Part shown: piece after piece, positions 50,352 through 63,692 of the stretch
Layout: each line of letters starts with the position of its first letter
How positions within the stretch are numbered: the first letter of the stretch is position 1
Origin: Fimbriosthenelais zetlandica
Taxonomy: Eukaryota
NCBI GenBank assembly: GCA_977030845.1
Contig: OZ365113.1
Coordinates: forward strand, 2,604,001 to 2,668,000
DNA length: 64,000 bases
Direction: 5' to 3'
Position numbers and translations under genes: made by a program
The notes under the pieces: model-generated
What the model was told of the DNA's origin: nothing
Seen by the model: only the letters and a program-made list of their open reading frames with translations
The model's database searches: none

Positions 50352-51359
50352 TATACTCTTCATTATCCATTCTGATATAGTACATCTACATTAGAAAATC
50401 AATACTTATAATTGAAAATCACAATCAAGAATCCTGAATTTCTTATTGGGGCAAAATACAAACTCACAAACTCTGAAAAATCCCATGACTACAGGTATTT
50501 TGTCTTTACAATCATTAGAAAATTTATTTGAAACAAAAAATTGGTTTGTTTTGTTGATGCGGTGTTTTGGTATAGAAGTGTATAGCTACAGTGCACATGG
50601 CATAATTTCTTTTGTCAAATTCAATTACAGTTTATAAACACAGATGTTTCCTGCTGTCATTATTACAGGTTCATAACACAGGCCTAGATCTCTAGTTCAT
50701 TGTAAGGTCGAATTGGTTCATGTTTTTCCTTTGTGGAAAAAATTACAAGCGTGTTAATCTAGTTCATAGAATCCAGGTGCAAGTCTGTAGGCGTATTCAA
50801 TAGGCCTACATGTCATGGGAAAAAATTACTGGTATAAAAGAACAGGAAATTGGGATTAAATTATAAGAAATAGGCTACTTCAGGGTTCCCAGCCATATCT
50901 AGAAAATCAAAGGGAAAATGGTACCGTACACTCTGAGAAAAAAAATTGAAAAATGCATAGAACAGGGAATTTGACTGGGATGTGATTAGGCTCATCTGGG
51001 GAAAAAATGTTAATTTCTTATCATAAAATTCTATGAACCTCATTACTTTTACAATATGAAAAAGAGTGGTTGAACCACCTGAGTTACGTTATAATAATAA
51101 TTGAATGATATTAATTTTTAAAAAAAATACCCAAGTGATACCGGTAGGTGAAAATTGGGTTTAATTGTGTGAATTATCAGATAGTAATGGAGGTGAGATT
51201 TGAAGCTGGTTTTACCTGCGAGTCGGTGTGGGTGTAGGAGGTGGGGCTATATTGGTTCTATCACTTCCCTATCACATATCCTGCCTCAATGAACTTTGAA
51301 CCCAGGTAATCATTATCAGAAAACTAAGCAACTAGCCAATGGTTTGGAAAACAACCCGG

Positions 51360-51571
51360 NNNNNNNNNNNNNNNNNNNNNNNNNNNNNNNNNNNNNNNNN
51401 NNNNNNNNNNNNNNNNNNNNNNNNNNNNNNNNNNNNNNNNNNNNNNNNNNNNNNNNNNNNNNNNNNNNNNNNNNNNNNNNNNNNNNNNNNNNNNNNNNNN
51501 NNNNNNNNNNNNNNNNNNNNNNNNNNNNNNNNNNNNNNNNNNNNNNNNNNNNNNNNNNNNNNNNNNNNNNN
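51360..51571. other. Assembly gap (N run)
   Basis: N characters. Confidence 0.99.
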
Positions 51572-52482
51572 GTGGTTTTACTCTATAGCTGCCAAGGCTA
51601 TAATATTATTTACTCAGTTCTAGAAGGTCACAAGTCTGAATTAAAAAAAAAATTAAATACCCATATTTGGGAGTACATGTACTAGTAACCTTAGTGCATT
51701 GACAGAAGAAACCAGGACAGATCCTCTTTAATACTTTGAAGTCTTTTTTTATGGAGAGCCCGGGAAGAATGGAACTCATTTTAAACTAGATCTCTTCCAG
51801 GGTAAACTTTATTTTTTTTCCACAATTTACTTGCTTTAATCATGAGTTTTTTGTTTGCTTTTTATCTGCTTTTGATATGATTGATGAACATGTATGTATG
51901 AGTCATAGAAATTATGTATGACACTTTTTTTATTGTAATGATATGTTTTGATTTACACTTGGTTACACGTGATTTTTGAAGAGAAAGTAAATATAGGAAG
52001 TTACTATATTTGGCCAATGCTTCTGTTTTAGCATAATTACTAATGTAGGCACGAGGATATCAGAACAGGGCAGAAGTCTCTATCTATCTTACTACTGAAT
52101 GTTAAAAAATATAAAAGTATATATATTTCCTATACACTAAAAATGAAGTTATAGAACAATTCCCTGCATAGGGGTAAATTAAAAATAACAGGGGGAGAGT
52201 TGGAAACTTAAAAAATATCTTGACAAAAACCGAACTCCCCTTATAGCCCCACTCAAAGAAAATTAATATTAACAAGATAATTCATAAAATATTATAAATA
52301 ACAAATACATTAATCTTTTCTTCAAATTTTAATAAGATATAATTCATTTAGTTAATAACCATTCATTAGCAATGCTGTCTCTAATCTAAAGGCTTCTCAG
52401 TGAAGTTATTAAGATATAAAGATTTCCCATATCGCACAGATTTACAGAATTACAGGTGTATAAAAATAATGGTTTGAGAATA

Positions 52483-53053
52483 CCGTATTTACCACAATTA
52501 TCCTCGCCACGACCCGGATTTTTCCTTGCATTGTGATGCCCTGATTATTATGAAAAATGGGGTTACGGTGTTTTTATTGTGCATGACTACCAGGAGAAAA
52601 TATACCCTCATCATAGTGTGCCTACTGTAACGTGAGGAGAAACCAAGGTGTTATATTGCTGGCCTTATACAGTGGACTCTCACTAAACCGACTATCCCAC
52701 TAAACCGACTATCCCACTAAACCGACCATTAAATGATCTGAACCAAAGATTTTTAACCCCACTTATATCTTAACTAATTAAGATATAGGCATACTCACCT
52801 ATTTTCAAACTAACAAACCATCTCACTAAACCGACCATCTCACTATGTGACCATTTAATGATCTGAAGCAAATGTTTTGACATTACTAAGTCATACTCAC
52901 TAAACTGACCAACACACTATAATGTTATAAGTGCAACGGAGCAATTTTTATATGGATTTCTATTCAAAATCAGCGGTTTATATATGGATTTTAACGTGTG
53001 CGGCCAGGGGTGCGGTTTATAGTCAGGTGCGGCTTATACACCGGTAAATACGG
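52483..53053. mobile_element. Non-autonomous Tc1/mariner-class (Tc2-like) element with TA TSD
   Basis: TA-CCGTATTTACC...GGTAAATACGG-TA (11-bp perfect TIR, TA flanks). Internal CACTAAACCGAC repeats follow a TA-CAGTGG motif at 52668. Confidence 0.75.
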
Positions 53054-55434
53054 TACTGTGGATTTAGGAGTGGGAGTTGTATGTATAGTGTCGTCATTTT
53101 ACTGAGAGATGACTGTAGTGTTGAGATGATAGTTCGGGCGACCATCCCAATCATTCTACAGATTGGATCCTTTGGGAGAATAGTACAACTGACACAGTGA
53201 CCTACTTCACTAACCATGCTCCTTATCATTCCCACAGGATATATCACTAGACTTTCACAACTCCTTCAATTATTATTAAATCTTTAAATTTGATAACAAT
53301 ATCAATCCTTTCTATCCTTTCTATGGGACGCTGAAAAACCCGTGCAAGTCTAGTATTTTCTTTGATCTTATTGTCCCAAACTTCAATAGGAAATATAGGC
53401 GGTAGAATTTTTTTTTTGGTGATTTAAATAATAAAAAATGGATGTCATTGTGTCAAATCTAGGTTTGAAGCATTTACCTTAGAACCTCTGATTAAAGGGA
53501 ATGTCAAGTGTTTTTGCCACAGACCATGTCTCTGTCTGGGTTGGATTCGACCACTGGTATATAAATCACTTGGTATCGGCTATATTAATATAAAAACTTC
53601 TATTTTTTTCTTTTTTTGTGCCAGCATTTCTGGTCTCTAATATGAGTGTTGACCATGGAACTCATGGATTCTCCTCATTGGACATATTGCCTTGTAGGTT
53701 TTCATGAAAATGCCTGAAGCTGCAAAATTTCAGAGAAGTGTACACATGTTAGTTTGAAAACAAAAGGAGAGACTGAAATTATAAATGTTGTACTGGAGCT
53801 TTAACAGGCCACATGTTACAGTAGTGTACTGGGGGACCTGTAGGCATTCCTCACTCACTCATGCATGGTCTCTCCTCCCTCCATGTTCAGTCCTACTAAA
53901 AATCTTATAATATGTGCCGAAATTAAGCCCAAGAACCCCCTTCCCCCACCCCACCCCAAAAGTTGAAAAAAATGTCTCAATTGTGTTCTGAGAGACAATG
54001 AAAATAATATAAAATAATATTAAATAATTTTAACTTCAATGGCTATTAGTATCCGCGTTCAAAGAGGTTCAAATATTCTGAGGTGGCTTTTATTAGGGGA
54101 TTTACCATTGAGTTCTATTTATATATTAGGGGGTTTACATTAAGGATGTGGTCTTTATTTATAGACATTACGGTAGCTTCCTCTGGCTCTGTTTCCTTAA
54201 ATACATAATACTAGTATCCCATCTCAGCCATTGATATCACCAACCACTGGGTCATAATAGATGGAAATATATCAGAAAAAAACCAGTTTTGTAGCTTTGT
54301 TTAAGTTACACTGTACAAATGCCTTTATTATGACACTTAAAACCACCAAAAGACCTATGGATGCTATTATCTTAAATCTCAGATTTTTATGACTAAAATG
54401 TTTGAATATTCTTTACCTTGTGTAGTTGTCTGTAAATATAATGTTGAGTGGTACATATGGGTCTTTAAAGCGGTGCTATCACTCATCCTTTCCCTGTACA
54501 AATTTAAGTTCAACTATTCTCCACTGCTCTTATTTTTGCCAACAATTTAATTCTAACAGTGTGACTTACTTCCAAGGATTTCCAAGATTTTTCCAGCCAA
54601 TACACAGCCTAAAGTCTGGCTCTAATTTCTACATGTTTCCAAGTCATTGTAAACGCATTTTTTCGGTTCAGATAGCATGAATCTAGGTATACCTGACATA
54701 GATTCAGATTAAGTGATTAGTGATAGAGCCGCTTTAATTATAGCTAACAGCTATGAGTCAGTGACTCAGCTGTCATGACTCTGAGACTGACTTCATAGTT
54801 CTCGTGTCAGATGTCTCTTGGGAACCTCGCCAACAATAGTCGAGGAAGTCAAAACAGGGGAAAATCATTGAAGTTTCCTTATAAATAGTGTAGGAGGATT
54901 TGGTAGGGGGTATAGCAGTCTAGATGTGCCCTAGATTTTGTGTGTATCCGGGTATATCCCAAAAAATTGCAAAATTATCTGTTACCCCATCCTGAGAAGA
55001 AAATTAACTTCTGGGCTTGAAAATAGTATAGTCACCTCTCTGAAGCGAAAATCGTAAAGTGACCACTAAATGGTCAGAACCAAATGTTCCACCCCTGAGA
55101 CATACTCACTAAAGCGACCGTCTCACTGTCCTAACTTTGTAAGGCAAATAAATAAATCTATTTTACTCTCGTCGGCTTTATGAGAGTCCATTCTGTGAGC
55201 ATTTTCCACACATTGTTGATCCTGTTTTGGATTATTTTCTTCCTCATTTTTACACCTATTTTTACTCATTCTTGTACCTGTCTTGAGTTGTGTAGAGATT
55301 TATTCACTGACTCATTACCTGTTTTGATGTCCACTCATTAACATTGTTGTACGTGTTTATTAACATTGTTATACGTGTTTTATTTTAGATCAGTTTTCAG
55401 GGCTGGCGGTAGAGCCGTGCAGCCAGCCGCTGTC

Positions 55435-55646
55435 ATGGCTAACGCCACTAAATTCACGCGCTTTATTAGCACTATCATGCCAAACAAGAAGAAAAAAAAC
55501 CGAAAGAGCGAGGACGAGGGCGACATGATCATCTCAGGCCCCATCAACGTCAAACATGAGTGGCATGTAGGATTTGATGAAACGACGGGGGATTTTGAGG
55601 GCCTGCCCCCAGCCTGGTCTCAATGGTTGCAGAACTCTAATATCAG
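55435..55646 (+). CDS. PAK: PAK alternative CRIB/PBD exon A
   Basis: [70 protein letters not shown]; acceptor at 55388, phase-2 donor TCTAATATCAG/GT. Confidence 0.9.
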
Positions 55647-58600
55647 GTAACATTCTAATCAAGTAACACTCTCTCTATCCTACCCTCATAGGTCCACTCC
55701 CAATATCTGCGGTGAGAGGCATGAAAAAGTCCAGCCATGTCTCCCATTGTCTGTGGTGAGAGGCATGTTAAAGGCCAGCCATGTCTTGCACTGTCTGCGG
55801 CGAGAGGCATTGCTGACGTTCGAGAAGAGCAGAATGTTGTATGTCGACTGCTTGTTTTCTCCCAGCCCTGATAAAAATGATAAACTCTCAATTCACATGT
55901 ATTTTCTTCTTCAGTATGTCTGTGAATCATTTTTGTTTCATTTTTACCTTCAAAACCTTTCTTCGACGATCTTAAAACCATATTAAAAGCCATGACTGAT
56001 GCCTTCAAAATTACCCATGGTTTCTAGAAAATGACCTTTTTATGATGTGGAAATTTACCATGATTTGAAGTCAAGAATACATGTGGAAGGTGGAGTGAGT
56101 TTTGTTTCTTTCAGATGCTGTTCTTGTAAGCCGCGGTAGTTTTTTTCATGAAGGAATCAAGGCATTATCTTCATTATATCCCATTTAATCAGTTTCTAAT
56201 GAGCAGACTTCTAATCTCTCTCCTCAGGCTGCCTACCTATGGCTCCCCTATGACTCTCACTAAGTGATTTACTGTTCAGCCAACATGATGAAAATTTTTG
56301 GCCGGAAAAAAGGATCGCTGGACATCCAGCCTCGGATGGTGCCGGAGCCCCCGCCCACCACCATCAACATCTCACCCCCGACTGACTTTAAACATAGAGT
56401 CCATGTTGGCTTTGATCAGATGACTGGGCAGTTCCAGGGATTGCCCCCAGCATGGGGTCAATGGCTGATGACCTCTAATATCAGGTGAGTGTGTCTCCTA
56501 TAGTGGCCTGGTCCTAATCAGGGGGGGGGGGGGGGGGTGAGGGGGATCACCACCCCCCACCTACCCACTCTAACATGGCTCATTCACTGCTCACTATGTG
56601 TCTATATAGAATTTAAATATGAAACTGAGACTTTGTTATACTTGAAATAACAGATTTTGAAAAATTAATATTCAAAATTCGTATTATTAATAGTTTTTGG
56701 AAATTATTGGATTATTTTCTGATAAAAAAATTTGTATTTTAAAGAAATTTGCTATGAAAATTACTTGCCTATTTGGTAACTCTTTAGGATAAAATGTCTG
56801 GAAATATAACGAATCATTTCAAAGAAATTTCTGTAATTCAAATTTGTTAAATGGTATTTTATATCAAGTATTAGTCTCATGATGTTCTTGCAGTGTTTAA
56901 GACAATTTCTGGTTGAAAAGACTTCTCAAAAATGAGGAGAAAAAGAAAATAAGACACAAAAGTGAGTTTGTTGAATTAGCAGTGTAAGTGATAAACTGCA
57001 GGACGAAGCAGAGAGGAGCTAATAATATGGGTCAGTCTTAAACAGTCAAACCAGTCGTTAATTTAGATTACTGTACTTCATATAAAGTACTTCAACAAAT
57101 CCAGATCATCAAATCATACAAAAATACGAATTCTGAGTGACAACTATTGTAGTTTTCTAATATTTAGTTATAGATAGGTTTCTTTGTCATTCTAATGTTT
57201 TTTATTCATATTAGTTTGCTTTGAAACCTTCAGAAAATAAGTAAGTGTCTAAATACAAAAGATAAGTGGAATATTATAAAAAATAATCGACAGAATTTAC
57301 TTGAAATGATTGTAATTTGAAAGAAGTGAATGGTGGGTATTGCGTAATCTAAGTCCTTCCTTAAATTCTTTAATATTTAGCTGAATTTTAAGTTAATTCC
57401 ATTGTAAAAAAGAGCTTCTCCCTACAACTATATATATATGCCACAGAAATCATAGTTTATTAAGTATTTGAGTTTGTTCACACACAAAAAACTTTCAGTT
57501 GAATATTACGTGCAACAGAAAGACATAAAGCTTCGTTAAGTAAATATAATGACTGAACAAGGAAATTTGGGAGGGGAAGGTGAAAAATGATTCTATTATT
57601 GAAAGTGTGAAAGGAAAGCAAAATATGTTCAATTAATTCTTAGAATTCTAAAATTTTAACTCCAAAATAACTGGCTAATCAACCTCCCGGGCTAACCCAC
57701 GGTAGATCATCTTAATGGGTTGATATTAAATCATCAGTAAGCTTCCTATATCTCTGCCTCTGCCATAGAAACCAACATACTAATGCTTCTAGCTCAATGG
57801 TTGCACACTTAGATCTATACATCAAATCCCGAGCATAAAAAATACAACAAAATCTACTGATAACTTGGTGACAGTAAGGTGTGAGAATCTGGTTAAAATT
57901 GGCTGGAATTTATACTATAATATTGCTGGTAATTATTATTAGTGCATTACCCATATATGATGAGTTACTTCACTCTGCTTCGTTAATACTGGAAGGCCGT
58001 CTAGAGGAGATGCACTCAGTCTCTCGGTACTTTATGTTGCCTGGGAAGCTAGTTTTGTTGAATATTCATGATATTTCCCACTCTGTACTCATCATGTTTA
58101 ATATGTTCTCTTCTAACATACAATTGATCCAGGGATGTAAGATTTGGCAGGCAGTTGACCCGCGTTTTGAAATTATTTTATTTTCAAATCGCTTCTTTTG
58201 TGGTTCTTTTCTCCATTTTGTTTGGAGAGTTGATTGAAATGGGGTATCTTTATTCTAATTTTCAAATTAACTTGGCAAATTTTCTTCAAAATTGTCAAGC
58301 TTTATTTTACTTGCCTGACTTGCAAACCTGGGTCACAGTATTTAAACTTGTCTCATACTTTCCTAACGTTTATATTTAACTTTCGGAAGAGATAATTTCC
58401 AAATTAAAGACCTAAATGAAATACCAGTGTATTGCTTGTGAATCACTAGCATCCCTGTGTTAGGTTTTGTCCTTTTAAGGGCGATACCAATATTATAGTT
58501 GGTATATAATCCTCATCCATTGAAGGTGCCAGTGACGGCCTTTCGCTGTTCACTGTTTGCCTTAAACTGGAGCTAAGGATGGATGGGGAATTGTTTACCT

Positions 58601-61600
58601 ACTTTTATTACTGTAGATCACATTTTACTATGAGCACATTCACTACAACTGCTTACCATTGATTCAGGCTTGCAAGGCATTTATAGTGATTATTTTTTCT
58701 CTCAGAAAATTGCTTGAATTTCAAATGTTTCATTTCTTGTTCCTGTTTTCCATTGAATCAGAAAAGACAAGGAATAATGTTGTAACAATGCCGAAAATAT
58801 TATTTAAAAAAAATAATATTATTTATCTCAAAGTGCTTTCAAAATTAGATTTTCAGAAAGACTATCAGAAATTAGTTTTTTTTTTAGCCAACTGACTTGC
58901 ATCCCTGTGTACTATTATATACTGCTATTAACCTTTATTCCACTAAAATAGGTTCTTTTGTATTTCATCTAGATTACAGGTTTTTCATCTCAAGGATTTG
59001 GACTTTCTAGATTTCAGAATCCCCAGTCATTTGACCCGACCTTGTGAAAATGAATTTAAAGATGAATAACTGTTTTGAAATTATAAATTTGTGTTTCATT
59101 TCGATCTATGCTCATTTAAGAAATTCTAATGAAATATACTCATATCAAAAGAATTATCAACGAAAAAATGTTTTAATATGATATATAATAGTTGAACACT
59201 TTTTTCAGCAGATTTATCTTTTCGTAAAGTTGCATTATTTTAACTACAAAAATTTCAGGACGGAATAATTTCGCTTTTTCCTATCAAGAATTATTTTTGA
59301 AAATTGTATGGAGTAAGTTTAGCTATTTCAATCTGAGACTATGTAATTGAGAATTGTTAAATAGTTTTTTTGCTGTGTCGCTGGGAGACAGTGAGTGACA
59401 TGAAGATGTTCACCTTTCAGTAAATCTGAACAGACACAGAACCCTAATGCAGTCATCAACGCCCTCAAAGCCTTTGAGAAGTCCGTGAAGAGTAAAGATC
59501 ATATAAAATACATGGGCACCAACTCTATAGGTGAAATCATCGAGGAGGATGACGACGAAGGTTAGTCATTGTTTTTTTTATTCAAAAAATGTTTTTTTAT
59601 TCAAACATTTCTACAGCTTTGAAGTCAAATAGCCAGTTATCTGGCTGTATTTCTATTAAATAAGCTGTGCCTAGGTGGCTACAATTTAGTATCAAATATT
59701 AGGACAAAGAGGTATTTAAATCTTTAATCTTAATTTTAAAAAAAATAAAAATATTTCTAATTCAGAAAATGTGTTCATTGTCCTGCAACATAATATTACA
59801 ACAATAGTAAGCCTACCTACGTAGGGATTAACATTTTCATAAAAAATCAAAAAATTTTCAATGGATAAAAAAGGTTTTCTTGTCATATTGGTCAGGGAAA
59901 TATTATTAAATTGTCAGGGAAAAGTCATGGAATTTGGGCAATCCCCCTTTGTGGCAACTCTGAATAGTGCGGCTCCTTGTTCAATTTTCTTCCGAGTTTG
60001 TAATAATTCTATGTGATTTTTGTGACTGTTACTTGTTGAATTTTCGTCCGAGTTTGTAATAATTTTGTATGATTTTTGTGCCTGTAGGTTCTGATAAGTC
60101 ACGTGACTCGGCTGTGGACCCGGCACCCGTCACGTCGTTTGAGGAGGAGCAGGAGGAGGAGGAGCGAGGAGGAGGAGGCCGGGAGGAGAACACGATACAC
60201 GTTAAACATATAAAACCTAAAACAGTGGAGGAGAAGGGGTGGGACGAATGGACGCCCACTGACGACATGCCCCCCACAGCCACTCCCGTGAGTTATCTGC
60301 TGCTGCTGGCCTTAAACACAAATTTAAATTCTTAAAAAAAAAGCGAGATATACAAGGATTTAGAAAGAAAAATTGTTATAACTATAAACATGGTTCTCAC
60401 AGAAATTCATTAAAAATTGTGTATAACCGGGAAAAGTCTGGTAAAATTGCAGTTCTATGACCTCGGTGGACAATGAGCTTCTGCTCTTAGGCACTATAGA
60501 TGCCAAGTATAGATGGAAAGTTATAGAATTTAAGATATTATTACTTGACATGTAACGATCGTCTGAGATTGCCACAGTCCAACTCTTCAAGCGCTGATAT
60601 TTTATTACTTCTGTTTCGGTTCTTTCAGCCTATTAATTTTACAACTTTTGATAAATTTGCAGCAAGCGGAAAAATCCTCGAAGAAGACGCCGGAGAGGAC
60701 TCAAAGTGTGAAGGAGATGTCTAAAAAGTTTGAGAATTTAGCCACGGATACAAAGAAGGAAGACGGGGAGCGGAAACCAACCATGAGGAAAAAATCCATG
60801 AAGAAAGTAAAAATGACAGACGACCAGATCATGGCATCCTTACGTGAGTTCACTATTATTTACTCTAATATTTATTTCGGATATTTTCTGGAAAGGTGGG
60901 ATACAAGATAATGGAGTTAGCTCTGTGGGTAAGAGTGACAAAACTTTCAAGGGGCTACCAATCTTCGCAGGGAGTCAGAAATACTTGTAGTACAGAAGGC
61001 AGCATTGTCACTAAAAATCAGTTGCTAAAAACACTCTCTTATCACTGAGACATCTATGAAAGCTGCGAATTTCATGAGAATTTTAAAATTATTCTTTTTT
61101 ACAGGAAAACTGGTCAATTCTGAAGACCCCAGTAAATTGTACGAGATCAAGAAACGAGTAGGAGCAGGGTGAGTATTATTACTCCATAAACTATCTAAAT
61201 TACTCTGCTTTTACTGACAAAGAAATCTGCCATAATAAGCTGCAAAATAATGAAAAATGTAAGTGGGTGCAAGCCCATATATTTACATATACAAGTACAA
61301 GTGAAAGCCATTGATCCGGAAATATGTTCGACAAGTGAAATTTAACACTGATTTCCTCTACAAAAAGGCTTGCTCTGATTCCTCATTTTTCATTCCAAGA
61401 TTCTTGAGCCATGGTACAATTAATGACGGCAGATTTCTTAATAGAAACATAGAATTATCTCGTGATAATCTTGAAGCTTAATCGGGTATAGAACAATATA
61501 AATAACTGCTTCTGCTAATTTACATTTAGTCGGTAGCCTACCAGTATTGGTTTTGGTAAGTACAGAGGTAGAGAACTTATTGTACCCAAGTCAGGGTTCC

Positions 61601-63692
61601 CACACGCCATTGAAAATATCCTCAAAAATTGTCAAAATTGTCATGTTTTATTCGGATTTGTATTGGTCATAGATTTTCTTCAGAATTGGAAAAAAATTAA
61701 CAATAATCTTGGGAAATTCTTCTGTCATCGTTTGAGTTTAGGCTTAAATTTAATTGTTGCGTTTCCCTTGAAAACCTTGTAGAAATAACTTAGGATAAAC
61801 CTAAAAAGAATTCTGATTCTGTTTGAGCAAGTTTTGGGAACCCTGCCACTATGATCCCTGTTTTACTGTTGTTTCTTGTCTCCACCCAGCTGTTGTCGCT
61901 CCTGCATGGCATCGTTGTTACTTGGTTGACAATATACTTGCAACTTTCATCCCAACCCTTTATTTTAGCAGCAAACTTCTTGTGAGATTTTGTCATTGTG
62001 AATCAGTTTTTTTGTCACCAATGGATTTAGATTTGAGAATCAGGATTTGCGACAGCTCGTAGGATTTGCGAGTGGTCGTGGTATTATGCAACCTCCCAGT
62101 GTTCTCTCATTTAGTTGTTTAAACACCCAGCATGTTGTGAAATGGTGTGATGTAGTTAGTAGGAACATTCACCAGGCAAATATCAGGGAATTAGAAACAT
62201 TCACCACGGAAATAACAGGGAATTAGAAACATTCAAGAATAACCAAAATTCATGAGGGAAATATGGGGGAATTTGGAACATTTGTGAGGGAAATGTAGGG
62301 AAACTATGCGGGAAATTAGAGACATTTGTGAAGGAACTTGGAACATTGCTGATTGAAAATTTGGAACAGTCTTGAGGGGATATTTCGGAGGGTAAGTTTA
62401 GGCGAATTTGGTACATTCGGGAGGACGATATGTTGGTAATTTGGAATCCTCAAGCATTATGGGGTGTGAATGTATAATATACTGTATATATCTATAAATG
62501 TTTTGTATAATACATTTTTTATCATAAAATATAATAATATACCTTGTGTTACAGAGCTGCGGGCACGGTATGTGAAGCGGTCGTGATTGAGACTCGTAAC
62601 GCTGTCGCCATCAAAATGATGGACCTGGAAAACCAGCCCAAAAAAGAGCTCATCATCACGGAAATAGAGGTCAGTATCAAAACACATTAATCTCCAAGAT
62701 ATTTTGTTGGGTGGGATCAATTCAGAGCTCCAGCTCATTCAGGGAGTTAGCTCAGAGCACCAGCTCATTCAGGGAGTTAGCTCAGAGCATCAACTTATTC
62801 AGAGAATTAGCTCAGAGCACCAGCTCATTCAGGGAGTTAGCTCAGAGCACCAGCTCATTCAGGGAGTTAGCTCAGAGCTCCAGTTCATTCAGGGAGTTAG
62901 CTCAGAGCATCAGCTCATTCAGGGAGTTAGCTCAGAGCTCCAGTTCATTCAGGGAGTTAGCTCAGAGCATCAGCTCATTCAGGGAGTTAGCTCAGAGCAT
63001 CAGCTCATTCAGGGAGTTAGCTCAGAGCTCCAGTTCATTCAGGGAGTTAGCTCAGAGCATCAGCTCATTCAGGGAGTTAGCTCAGAGCATCAGCTCATTC
63101 AGGGAGTTAGCTCAGAGCATCAGCTCATTCAGGTCAGTTTTCTGAGAAATACTTGTCACTCAGAAACTATCATAGACATGATGATGATGCACTGAAATAT
63201 TCCCTAAAAAACACTCAAAAATGCTACTGCAATTGCTGCATTTGTTTCATTGCTGTCTTCTCCTAAATAACCAAGGAATTATTAATTAACTAATTAATGA
63301 TTGTTAACTAATGAACTAATTAATATCCAGGTGATGAAGGAGTACATCCACCCTAACATTGTCAACTACCTCGACTCCTTCCTGGTGAAGAAAGAGCTGT
63401 GGATCGTCATGGAATACCTGGAGGGGGGCGCACTGACTGACGTGGTCACTGAGACTGTACTCAACGAGGGCCAGATCGCAGGCATCTGCCAGGAATGCCT
63501 CAAGGCACTGGAGTTCCTGCACGCCCGGGACATCATTCATCGAGATATAAAGAGTGATAATGTCCTGCTTGGGATGAATGGTCAGGTGAAACTGACTGAC
63601 TTCGGCTTCTGTGCTCAGATCACACCTGACCGGGACAAGAGGAACACCATGGTCGGCACCCCCTACTGGATGGCTCCAGAAGTAGTGACCAG
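55435..63692 (+). CDS. PAK: p21-activated kinase (group I-type, resembling the invertebrate Pak3 clade), 3'-incomplete
   Basis: CRIB exon A 55435-55646 or CRIB exon B 56285-56484, then 59421-59560, 60088-60287, 60663-60843, 61105-61168, 62555-62669, 63331-63692, all phase-consistent. Kinase motifs [53 protein letters not shown] and [18 protein letters not shown]. Confidence 0.95.
55697..55810 (+). repeat. 44-bp minisatellite array (about 2.6 units) between the two PAK CRIB exons
   Basis: CTGCGGTGAGAGGCATGAAAAAGTCCAGCCATGTCTCCCATTGTCTGTGGTGAGAGGCATG... Confidence 0.88.
56285..56484 (+). CDS. PAK: PAK alternative CRIB/PBD exon B
   Basis: [66 protein letters not shown]; same phase-2 donor TCTAATATCAG/GT. 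Confidence 0.9.
61592..61845. mobile_element. Possible hAT-like MITE (11-bp TIR CAGGGTTCCCA), no matching TSD
   Basis: CAGGGTTCCCA at 61592 and TGGGAACCCTG ending at 61845. The 8-bp flanks differ (ACCCAAGT vs CCACTATG). The same terminus also occurs at 50881. Confidence 0.45.
62722..63132. repeat. 30-bp tandem repeat (about 13.7 copies) in a PAK intron
   Basis: Unit CAGCTCATTCAGGGAGTTAGCTCAGAGCAY in register from 62731 to 63120. Confidence 0.97.

Noticed and set aside
53500-53590. tRNA-like B-box motifs (also about 8740 and 63895)
   Set aside because: No cloverleaf or intact A-box; at most decayed SINE fragments, not tRNA genes.
62704-63195. 163-aa and 144-aa ORFs ([10 protein letters not shown] / SSFRELAQS repeats)
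   Set aside because: By-products of a stop-free 30-bp tandem repeat inside a PAK intron; flanking exons splice in frame without it.
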